A stretch of DNA of 17,085 nucleotides from Bdellovibrionota bacterium. Its GTDB lineage: Bacteria > Bdellovibrionota_C > UBA2361 > CALJRW01. How positions within the stretch are numbered: position 1 is the first letter of the stretch; each line of letters begins with the position of its first letter. Location of the stretch: contig JBGSMD010000036.1 in NCBI GenBank assembly GCA_041740355.1, positions 1 through 17,085 on the forward strand, read 5' to 3'. Below are positions 1 to 6,837 of this stretch, piece by piece. Under the pieces are notes generated by a model. That model was not told the origin of the DNA and did not search any database. It was given only the letters and a program-made list of their open reading frames with translations. Both the position numbers and the translations under genes were made by a program.

Positions 1-5
1 TTAGT

Positions 6-142
6 AAATTAAAAAGAGTCATTACGGCTAATGCAAATCTTGGATTTATCCAAGTTTGCATAGCTAAAAACAACATAAATAGTGAGTCCAAGCAAAATCG
101 TTAGTTTTTAAAGTAATTAATTTTTTGGACTCACTATATAAT
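6..142 (+). repeat. Dispersed palindromic repeat, copy 1 (bulged hairpin + GCTAAAAACAACAT linker + 59-bp IR module)
   Basis: Hairpin ATGCAAA-T-CTTGGA/TCCAAG-TTTGCAT (31-61); perfect 13-bp IR ATAGTGAGTCCAA (79-91)/TTGGACTCACTAT (125-137); 20-bp (27-46) and 14-bp (63-76) exact reverse-complement matches to 9064-9083 and 9037-9050. Confidence 0.85.
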
Positions 143-160
143 CACTAATTAATAATTATT

Positions 161-1177
161 ATGGTCATCTCATTAGCGGACTTTGCCAATATTAGAAATA
201 AAATCGAAAATCAGAAAGTATTAGTGGTTGGAGATATTATGTTAGATCGCTACGTCTGGGGGGATACTGGTCGAGTTTCAGAAGAATCTCCGGTGATTGT
301 GGTTGAAGTTGAGAAAAAAGAGGAGCGTTTAGGTGGTGCTGGGAATGTTGTAAATAATCTAGTAAATTTAGGCTGTCAGGTAAGTTTAGTTGGAGTTGTT
401 GGGGCAGACTTTTATGGAGAAAAGGTTGTAGATCGTTTAAAACGAATGAACGTTGACGCAACTGGAGTTTTAGTAAGTTCTGAGCGGCCAACAACAACAA
501 AAAAACGAGTAATTGCCCGCGGTCAACAAGTCATTCGAATTGATGAAGAAAACCGTGCTCCAATAGTTGCTAAAATAGAAGACCGCATGAAAGATTATAT
601 CGCTCAAAATTTTGAGAGTTATTCGGCGATTATTATCTCGGATTATGCCAAAGGAGTTCTAACGCCAAGTATATTAGATTTTTTTGCTGGCCTTAGAAAA
701 AAACATAATTGTACCTTTAACCACAAGCCGATCATGGTCGATCCTAAACCGGCTAATCGTAACTTTTATCGCGGTCTAAATATAGTCAAGCCTAATAGAA
801 AAGAAGCCGAGTCAATTGCAGATTTTAAAATCAATAACTTAGAGCAGGCCTTAAAAGCAGCTCGAATCATTCAGGAAAAACTTTCAGTTGATTCAGTTTT
901 GTTATCTCTTGGAGGAGATGGCTTACTTTTTTATAATAGTGACAATCCACAAGGTATCCACTCTTCGACCTTAGCTCGTAAAGTCTTTGATGTTAGTGGT
1001 GCCGGAGATGCCGTTGTTTCTTGTTTTACAACATCAGTTGCAACTGGTTCTTCGATTGAATTAGCGATGTCTTTTGCAAACTTTGCAGCGGCCTATGTCG
1101 TTTCGGAGGTCGGAACAATTGCCGTTGATTTAGACGCTCTGCAGAACGAACTTAATTATTACTATTCAAAAAATTAA
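161..1177 (+). CDS. rfaE1: D-glycero-beta-D-manno-heptose-7-phosphate kinase (RfaE domain I / HldA), stand-alone PfkB-family kinase
   Basis: Motifs VLVVGDIMLDRY, GGAGNV, SDYAKG, VDPKP, KPNRKEA, VFDVSGAGD; 338 aa with no C-terminal nucleotidyltransferase domain. Confidence 0.9.
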   Translation: MVISLADFANIRNKIENQKVLVVGDIMLDRYVWGDTGRVSEESPVIVVEVEKKEERLGGAGNVVNNLVNLGCQVSLVGVVGADFYGEKVVDRLKRMNVDATGVLVSSERPTTTKKRVIARGQQVIRIDEENRAPIVAKIEDRMKDYIAQNFESYSAIIISDYAKGVLTPSILDFFAGLRKKHNCTFNHKPIMVDPKPANRNFYRGLNIVKPNRKEAESIADFKINNLEQALKAARIIQEKLSVDSVLLSLGGDGLLFYNSDNPQGIHSSTLARKVFDVSGAGDAVVSCFTTSVATGSSIELAMSFANFAAAYVVSEVGTIAVDLDALQNELNYYYSKN

Positions 1178-2082
1178 TGAGTAAATCTACTCCCAAATTT
1201 TACAGTATGACTGGGTATGGCCAGGTCGAAAAACAAGCAGGCGAGCTTGGAATATCGATTGAAATTAAATCTGTAAATAGTCGCTATCTAGATCTTAATT
1301 TAAAATATCCAAACGAGTATAGTTTCTTAGAATTAGATTTAAGAAATCTTCTTAAGCAGCGACTCCAGCGTGGTCGTGTAGATGTTTTTATTCGTCGCAC
1401 TTCATCTCAAAGTAATACTAAGCCACAAATTAATTTAGAACTGTTTAAAAATTATTGGGAAGCCATTCAAGGCGTGTTTAAAAATTTAAATGTTGATTCT
1501 AAACAACTTGATGTTACACAATTATCAACGTTTATTTTAAATCAAAACGATCTTTTTTCTAATAAATCAAAAGTAGATATTTCAGAAGAAGAAAAAGCGC
1601 TGATCACTGAAGTCTTAACAGAAGCACTAAATCAACTGCTTGAATCTCGGAGTATTGAAGGCGAAGCCTTAATTAGAGTGGTTAGTCAGCATCATGAGAA
1701 TCTCAAAAATATTTGGAAGATAATTGAGGTGCAGCGTTCCTCTTTAGTCGCAAGCTTGGCGCAAGATTTATTAGTAAAAATTAAGAATTTATTTTTGCAA
1801 CTTGATTTCACTTCGGAAAGAATGGAACAAGAAGTTGCTTGGCGAATTGAGCGAAGTGATATTACCGAAGAAATTAACCGAATTGCTGTTCATCTAGCAA
1901 GTTTAGAAGCAGAATTAAAAGGTGCCAGTTCTGGTAAGAAAATTGAATTTTTAGCTCAGGAGTTGGGACGTGAATTTAATACGATCAGTTCGAAAGTTCC
2001 TTCAGCTGAAATCCAAACAGCCGTTGTTAGTGCTAAACTGGAAATTGAAAAAATCAGAGAACAAAGTTTTAATATCGAATAA
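1177..2082 (+). CDS. yicC: YicC/YloC family endoribonuclease
   Basis: SMTGYG, EIKSVNSRYLD, RGRVD, DITEEINR, GKKIEFLAQELGREFNTISSK and terminal IREQSFNIE; canonical position upstream of gmk; TAATG overlap with the previous gene. Confidence 0.93.
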   Translation: MSKSTPKFYSMTGYGQVEKQAGELGISIEIKSVNSRYLDLNLKYPNEYSFLELDLRNLLKQRLQRGRVDVFIRRTSSQSNTKPQINLELFKNYWEAIQGVFKNLNVDSKQLDVTQLSTFILNQNDLFSNKSKVDISEEEKALITEVLTEALNQLLESRSIEGEALIRVVSQHHENLKNIWKIIEVQRSSLVASLAQDLLVKIKNLFLQLDFTSERMEQEVAWRIERSDITEEINRIAVHLASLEAELKGASSGKKIEFLAQELGREFNTISSKVPSAEIQTAVVSAKLEIEKIREQSFNIE

Positions 2083-2087
2083 ATCTA

Positions 2088-2717
2088 ATGCGTGAACCAT
2101 TAATTTTATGTTTAATTGGTCCTGCCGGTAGTGGCAAAACTACTAATTTACAAAGACTAATAAAAAACTTTCCTGATAATTTAAAAAATTCTGTATCGGT
2201 TACTACGCGAACTCCACGCTCGCTAGAAGTAGATGGAGAAACTCGGGAATTTGTCTCCGCAAGTGAGTTTCAAGGTTTAATCAAGGCAGATTTATTATTT
2301 GAATATGAAGAAATTCATGGCAATTTTTATGGTACCCGTCGCAGTACGATTGAAAATGCATTTGCTCAGAAATATGACTTAGTTTTTGATATTGATATTC
2401 AAGGGGCTTTTAATCTTAAAAAGCATTACCCTAAAAATACGGTAATTATTTTTATTGCTGTTCCAAATCAACAGGAATTAATTGATCGGATGAAAGGTCG
2501 TGATACCGTAACTCAGGAGGAATTAACAACTAGACTTAATACGGCGAATATGGAGTATCAATTATTCTTTGATAATTTAGACAAAATTGACTATTTTACA
2601 GTTAATCAAATCCAGGAGGAAACATATCAATCTTTGTCTTCAATTTTAATTGCCGAAAGAATGAAGTTAAATCGAATTATTTTACAAACGCTAAACAATT
2701 ATGTCTCAAAAAAGTAA
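2088..2717 (+). CDS. gmk: Guanylate kinase
   Basis: P-loop GPAGSGKTT, SVSVTTRTPR, EIHGNFYGT, DIDIQGA; follows yicC. Confidence 0.93.
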   Translation: MREPLILCLIGPAGSGKTTNLQRLIKNFPDNLKNSVSVTTRTPRSLEVDGETREFVSASEFQGLIKADLLFEYEEIHGNFYGTRRSTIENAFAQKYDLVFDIDIQGAFNLKKHYPKNTVIIFIAVPNQQELIDRMKGRDTVTQEELTTRLNTANMEYQLFFDNLDKIDYFTVNQIQEETYQSLSSILIAERMKLNRIILQTLNNYVSKK

Positions 2718-3150
2718 GTTATTTTTATTTTTGCTGATCTTACTTTGCTCAGCTTGTAGCTCAACTCAAAGTGGGGAAGGACTAAAGATTGATCAGGTTC
2801 GTCCAAAAGGTGAATCGATTCAGGAAGAGCTTGTGGAGGTTGATAAGAAAATGTATCAGCAAGTTATACATGGTGGGGGGAGTTATACTAAAGCAAGAAT
2901 GGTTGAGGTTTTTACACGCGAGTCCCAAAATGGTGTTAAAGAATATCGTTTGTTTGGCATTCAGCCCGGTAGTCTTTATGATTTACTAGGCTTAAGGAAT
3001 GTAGATATTCTTGTTGCGGCCAATGGCTATATTGTTCCAGAGCAAGGAGTTTTTTGGACATATTTACAGATTATTCCGAATCAAAAAGATGCCTTTATTG
3101 AAATAAAGCGTGCCGGAAAATCAATGATTTTAAGATATAAATTTAAGTAA
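2701..3150 (+). CDS. Putative lipoprotein with GspC-like C-terminal PDZ domain
   Basis: Basic N-terminus, hydrophobic stretch and lipobox-like LCSAC; YRLFGIQPGSLYDLLGLRNVDILVAANG resembles the PDZ domain of type II secretion protein GspC; overlaps the gmk 3' end. Confidence 0.6.
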   Translation: MSQKSKLFLFLLILLCSACSSTQSGEGLKIDQVRPKGESIQEELVEVDKKMYQQVIHGGGSYTKARMVEVFTRESQNGVKEYRLFGIQPGSLYDLLGLRNVDILVAANGYIVPEQGVFWTYLQIIPNQKDAFIEIKRAGKSMILRYKFK

Positions 3151-3190
3151 GCGCTGCGCTTGGTCGTAAGCTTATATCTTCAATAAACAA

Positions 3191-3250
3191 TTAGTGCTTG
3201 AGCGAAGGTCGAATTTTCTTAATTCCAGTTCGCCCTTGGTCGAGCGTTAA
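3191..3250 (+). other. Imperfect G-U-containing stem-loop upstream of purB
   Basis: TTAGTGCTTGA pairs with TCGAGCGTTAA; inner AAGG-T-CGAA pairs with TTCG-C-CCTT; ends just before AAGGA RBS. Confidence 0.45.
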
Positions 3251-3271
3251 CACTTTTAAGGATTAATTAAC

Positions 3272-4564
3272 ATGATTCCACGTTATTCAAGACCGGAGAT
3301 GGTCAAAATCTGGAGCGATCAAAATCGTTATCAAATTTGGTTAGATGTTGAAACTTTAGCACTAGAAGGAATGGTCAAATATGGACTTGCTCCCGAGCAA
3401 GCACTAAAGACTGTTCGTGAAAAGGGTGCTTTTAATATTGAGCGAGTTGCCGAAATCGAATTAGAAGTTAAGCATGATGTTATTGCGTTTCTTACAAACG
3501 TAGCGGAAATAGCAGGAGAAGATGCCCGCTACTTACACCGTGGAATGACATCAAGTGACTTACTAGATACATCCTTCGCCATTCAACTAAAACAAGCTGG
3601 GGAAATATTACTAGCAGGATTAGATCGCGTGACTGATTCTTTATTAAAAAGAGCTGAAGAGTTTAAATATTTACCAACAATTGGTCGCAGCCATGGAATT
3701 CATGCTGAGCCGACTAGCTTTGGTTTGAAATTCTTGTCTTGTTATGCTGAATTGAAAAGAACTCGAGAAGGGTTTTTAAGAGCATTAAAGAATGTAAGTG
3801 TTGGTAAAATTGCTGGGGCTGTTGGAACATACGCTTCCATTCAACCTAAAGTAGAACAGTTTGTTTTCGAAAAACTTGGACTAACCGCGGAAACTGTTCC
3901 TAGTCAGATCGTTCATCGCGATCGACATGCTGATTTTTTTCATTCACTGGCGATGATTGCTTCAGCGATGGAAAGATTTTGTGTGGAAGTTCGTCACCTG
4001 CAAAGAACGGAAGTTCGAGAAATTGCCGAAAAGTTTACACCTGGGCAAAAGGGATCGTCGGCAATGCCTCATAAGATGAATCCAATTTTGACTGAAAATT
4101 TAACTGGCCTTGCTCGTGTCATTCGTGGTTATGCCTCTACTGCAATGGAAAATATTGCTCTTTGGCATGAACGTGACATTAGTCATTCTTCCGTGGAAAG
4201 GATCATAGCTCCTGACGCCTGTGTTACGCTGGATTTTATGTTAGAGCGGTTTCGCGGACTAATTGATAACTTAGTTGTTTTTCCAGAGCAGGTAAAAGTT
4301 AATCTGGAACTAACTAGAGGCTGTGTTTTTTCAGGTACGCTTCTACTGGCTTTAGTAGATGCTGGATTTACTAGAGAACAATCATATAAAATGGTTCAGG
4401 AACATGCATTAGCTGCTTGGCAAGGTGGTAAGACATTACAAGAACGGGTTGAGGCTGATAACACAATTAGTGCCAAAATTTCAGCTGATAAAATTAAAGA
4501 AATCTTTGATTTGAAACGCCACTTAGCATTTGTTGATGAAATTTTTGCTCGGACAATCATCTAA
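3272..4564 (+). CDS. purB: Adenylosuccinate lyase
   Basis: MIPRY start, HDVIAF, HRGMTSSD, GRSHGIHAEPT, fumarase-superfamily signature GSSAMPHKMNP, LWHERDISHSSVER. Confidence 0.97.
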   Translation: MIPRYSRPEMVKIWSDQNRYQIWLDVETLALEGMVKYGLAPEQALKTVREKGAFNIERVAEIELEVKHDVIAFLTNVAEIAGEDARYLHRGMTSSDLLDTSFAIQLKQAGEILLAGLDRVTDSLLKRAEEFKYLPTIGRSHGIHAEPTSFGLKFLSCYAELKRTREGFLRALKNVSVGKIAGAVGTYASIQPKVEQFVFEKLGLTAETVPSQIVHRDRHADFFHSLAMIASAMERFCVEVRHLQRTEVREIAEKFTPGQKGSSAMPHKMNPILTENLTGLARVIRGYASTAMENIALWHERDISHSSVERIIAPDACVTLDFMLERFRGLIDNLVVFPEQVKVNLELTRGCVFSGTLLLALVDAGFTREQSYKMVQEHALAAWQGGKTLQERVEADNTISAKISADKIKEIFDLKRHLAFVDEIFARTII

Positions 4565-5012
4565 TACCCGCAGGAAGAAAGCCGAATTTCAAATTTGAAC
4601 TGCAACATGTCAGGAAATTTTAGAGATTGAGAAATTAATTCCTGAGTTTTACGAGCGACCTTCTCCCGAGGAATTTAAACGGCGGGCTCATGGTAATAGA
4701 TCATTAATATTAGTTTTGACAGTAGACTCACAGGCCGTAGGTTATAAGGTTGGAAATGCCAAAAGTGAAACAGAGTTCTATATCTGGTTAGACGCAATTA
4801 TAACTGAATTTAGAGGTAGAGGCTTTGCTCAGGCCTTATTAGAATACCAGGAAAATTGGGCAAAAAATGCGAATTTTAAGTTAATAACGGTCAAAACTAG
4901 TCAGGATTTCCCTCGAATGCTCAAGCTATTACTGACTAATAATTATAAGTGCCAAGTAGAAAAAGATGCTTTAGTTAATCAGAATAAGTTTCTTTTGACT
5001 AAGGAAATCTAG
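4536..5012 (+). pseudogene. GNAT-family N-acetyltransferase interrupted by in-frame TGA at 4596-4598
   Basis: The frame of the 4716..5012 ORF stays open upstream to 4599 (TATCQEILEIEKLIPEFYERPSPEEFKRRAHGNRSLILV) and continues past one TGA to ATG 4536; acetyl-CoA motif A FRGRGFAQALL; full length 158 codons. Confidence 0.65.
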
Positions 5013-5115
5013 TTTCTTTTGGGATCATGCAACAACTTTGTAAAATTAAATCATAATATTTTTTAGGGGCTTATTTTGAATGCTTCTTGTGTCGTAAAGG
5101 TTTTTAAATATTAGG

Positions 5116-5466
5116 TTGAATTCCGTGAAATTTACCCTCCGTCAAATCAAATTACTAGTTACAGACCCACTCTGTTATCAAATGCGTCTGGAAAAACAAT
5201 TAAGAGAAATCTCCCAAAGAATCAAACAAGCACAGAGCGAATATGCCAGAGAGCAGATATTTAGAGAACTCGAGATATTATTGTGTAAGGATATTAGCAG
5301 CCTTTTAAGCACAAAGAAGCTATCAGAATCACTAGAAGTTACAGGTATCAAGACTTTGGTAAAATCATTGGTCACCGAAGTTTCCAGGCAAAGATTTAAC
5401 ACAGGAGATGATAATTACGTTCGTCGTTTAAGGAGGGCAAATCAGATGATCCATTTTGCTCAATAG
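5116..5466 (+). CDS. Hypothetical helical protein (start TTG 5116 or GTG 5125)
   Basis: 116-codon ORF co-oriented with neighbours; charged, helical-looking sequence; no recognisable motif. Confidence 0.5.
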   Translation: MNSVKFTLRQIKLLVTDPLCYQMRLEKQLREISQRIKQAQSEYAREQIFRELEILLCKDISSLLSTKKLSESLEVTGIKTLVKSLVTEVSRQRFNTGDDNYVRRLRRANQMIHFAQ

Positions 5467-5628
5467 TTTTAGGCAGTTAGCGTTGTAAATAAAGATTTAG
5501 TCTTTAGTGCAAGGGATTCTTTGTTAGTTTATTTTATTAGCGCATTAATTGGTTGACTGACAAACGAATCTCTTGTCCTAGTGACAGATAATTACCTAAG
5601 CATTCATTGGTAAATCTTCAGTTGTTAT

Positions 5629-5657
5629 TTGCCAAAAAACTCAATAATTGCTATCAT
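5629..5657 (+). promoter_or_regulatory. Sigma70-type promoter of the rpsB operon
   Basis: TTGCCA (5629-5634), 17-bp spacer, TATCAT (5652-5657), with extended TG at 5649-5650; directly precedes the S2-type leader. Confidence 0.7.
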
Positions 5658-5669
5658 TTCGCAAAATTT

Positions 5670-5741
5670 ACACACCTTTCAAACAACTTAGTTGTGCCTA
5701 ATTCTTAGGTATCAATGTGAAAGGGAGGAATAAACTAAGGA
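5670..5741 (+). promoter_or_regulatory. rpsB 5' leader (S2 autoregulatory RNA-like)
   Basis: ACACAC (5670-5675); stem CCTTTC/GAAAGG (5675-5680/5719-5724); apical hairpin GTGCCTAA/TTAGGTAT; GGAGG (5724-5728) then TAAAC; layout matches known rpsB leaders. Confidence 0.7.
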
Positions 5742-5747
5742 AAAATA

Positions 5748-6593
5748 ATGACTGAAAATAACGAAACAAACGAAACAATTGAAGCTGTTGCTGAAAAACC
5801 TGAATATTCTCCGGTTGAAGTAACACTAGAAACGCTACTTGAGTCTGGAGCTCATTTTGGACATAAAGTAGATCGTTGGAACCCTAAAATGTTACCATAC
5901 ATTTATGGTAAAAAAGGTGATGTTCACGTAATCAATTTAGATTTGACTGTTAACTATTGGGCTAAGACTGCTCCAATGATTAAGAAAGCTGCTTCACGTG
6001 GTGCCACATTTATGTTTGTTGGAACTAAAGAACAAGCTCGTGGTGCTGTTCAAGAAGCTGCAACTCGCTGTGGTGCTTATTATATCAACAACCGTTGGTT
6101 GGGAGGAACTTTAACTAACTTCGAAACTATTCGTCGCTCAATTTCTAAGATGGATCGTTTAGAAGTATTGTTAAAAAAAGCAGATGAGCCGGGTTCTGAT
6201 ATTAAAATTGGTAAGAAAGAAAAATTACAAATCACTCGCAAGATTGATAAAATTGCAGTCAACTTAGCTGGTGTTCGTGACATGAAACGCGTTCCTGATT
6301 TTATCTTTGTTGTTGACGTTAGTCGTGATTCTATTGCAGTTGAAGAAGCTCGTAAATTGGGAGTTCCAGTTATTGCTTTAGTAGATACCAACGCCGATCC
6401 ATCACTGATTGATTTTCCAATTCCAACCAATGATGATTCTCGTCGGGCAATTGAATTATTCACTAACGCTGTTGCTGATCAAATCGCTCTTGGACGTTTA
6501 AGCTTTAACCCAAAAGCTCGTGGCCAAGAAGGGAAGCCGGAAGCGACTAAGAAAGATGGTTTTGTTGCTGTAGAAATTCAGCCACAAGCATAA
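5748..6593 (+). CDS. rpsB: 30S ribosomal protein S2
   Basis: LLESGAHFGH, RWNPKM, FVGTK, RWLGGTLTNF, VDTNADP, IPTNDD; precedes tsf. Confidence 0.98.
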   Translation: MTENNETNETIEAVAEKPEYSPVEVTLETLLESGAHFGHKVDRWNPKMLPYIYGKKGDVHVINLDLTVNYWAKTAPMIKKAASRGATFMFVGTKEQARGAVQEAATRCGAYYINNRWLGGTLTNFETIRRSISKMDRLEVLLKKADEPGSDIKIGKKEKLQITRKIDKIAVNLAGVRDMKRVPDFIFVVDVSRDSIAVEEARKLGVPVIALVDTNADPSLIDFPIPTNDDSRRAIELFTNAVADQIALGRLSFNPKARGQEGKPEATKKDGFVAVEIQPQA

Positions 6594-6615
6594 GCAATCT
6601 TATAAAGATTGTGGA

Positions 6616-6643
6616 TTGAGACTGGGCATTCGCTCAGTCTCAA
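6616..6643 (+). terminator. Stem-loop after rpsB (possible terminator/attenuator or processing site)
   Basis: TTGAGACTGGGC-ATTC-GCTCAGTCTCAA, a 12-bp stem with one G-U; lacks a clear U-tract. Confidence 0.5.
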
Positions 6644-6677
6644 ATTAGATCCAGAGAATTTCCTGGATAAAAATGAA

Positions 6678-6718
6678 CCCAACCTAATTCAGTTTTGACA
6701 AAACTGAATTAGGTTGGG
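6678..6718. repeat. Perfect 20-bp inverted repeat (41-bp palindrome)
   Basis: CCCAACCTAATTCAGTTTTG-A-CAAAACTGAATTAGGTTGGG. Confidence 0.95.
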
Positions 6719-6765
6719 CGAGCGCAATAATGGCTTTGCCATTTTTTGCCGTAGAAAAAAACACC

Positions 6766-6817
6766 AGACCCTCCTAGTTTATATTTATTATTTTCAAAAA
6801 TAATAAGCGGAGGGTCT
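6766..6817. repeat. 52-bp IR module upstream of tsf
   Basis: AGACCCTCC (6766-6774)/GGAGGGTCT (6809-6817) enclosing TTATTATTTT/AAAATAATAA. Confidence 0.75.
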
Positions 6818-6837
6818 TAAGATTATTAGGATAGAAA

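Noticed and set aside
128-138. GACTCACTATA matches the core of the T7 promoter
   Set aside because: The upstream TAATAC and downstream G-run are absent; the match is the arm of the natural 13-bp IR, so it is not vector contamination or a phage promoter.
237-500. Minus-strand ORF inside rfaE1 (similarly 5178-5402, 6080-6463, 11397-11693, 14011-14214, 16473-16670)
   Set aside because: Antisense shadows of + strand genes with no protein motifs.
2789-2989. Alternative-frame + ORF within the lipoprotein gene
   Set aside because: Fully nested, no motif; the longer frame has a signal peptide and PDZ-like content.
4596-4598. Genome-wide TGA recoding (codes 4/25)
   Set aside because: cdsA and the Nudix gene end at TGA in overlap arrangements, Trp is encoded by TGG, and no other gene has an internal TGA.
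4716-5012. 98-aa GNAT with TTG start as a complete gene
   Set aside because: Too short for the fold, and the frame continues upstream with GNAT-like sequence; treated as part of the interrupted 4536-5012 gene.
5760-5777. Tandem AACGAAACA x2 in the rpsB N-terminal extension
   Set aside because: In-frame 9-bp duplication in a low-complexity acidic tail; not a meaningful repeat locus.
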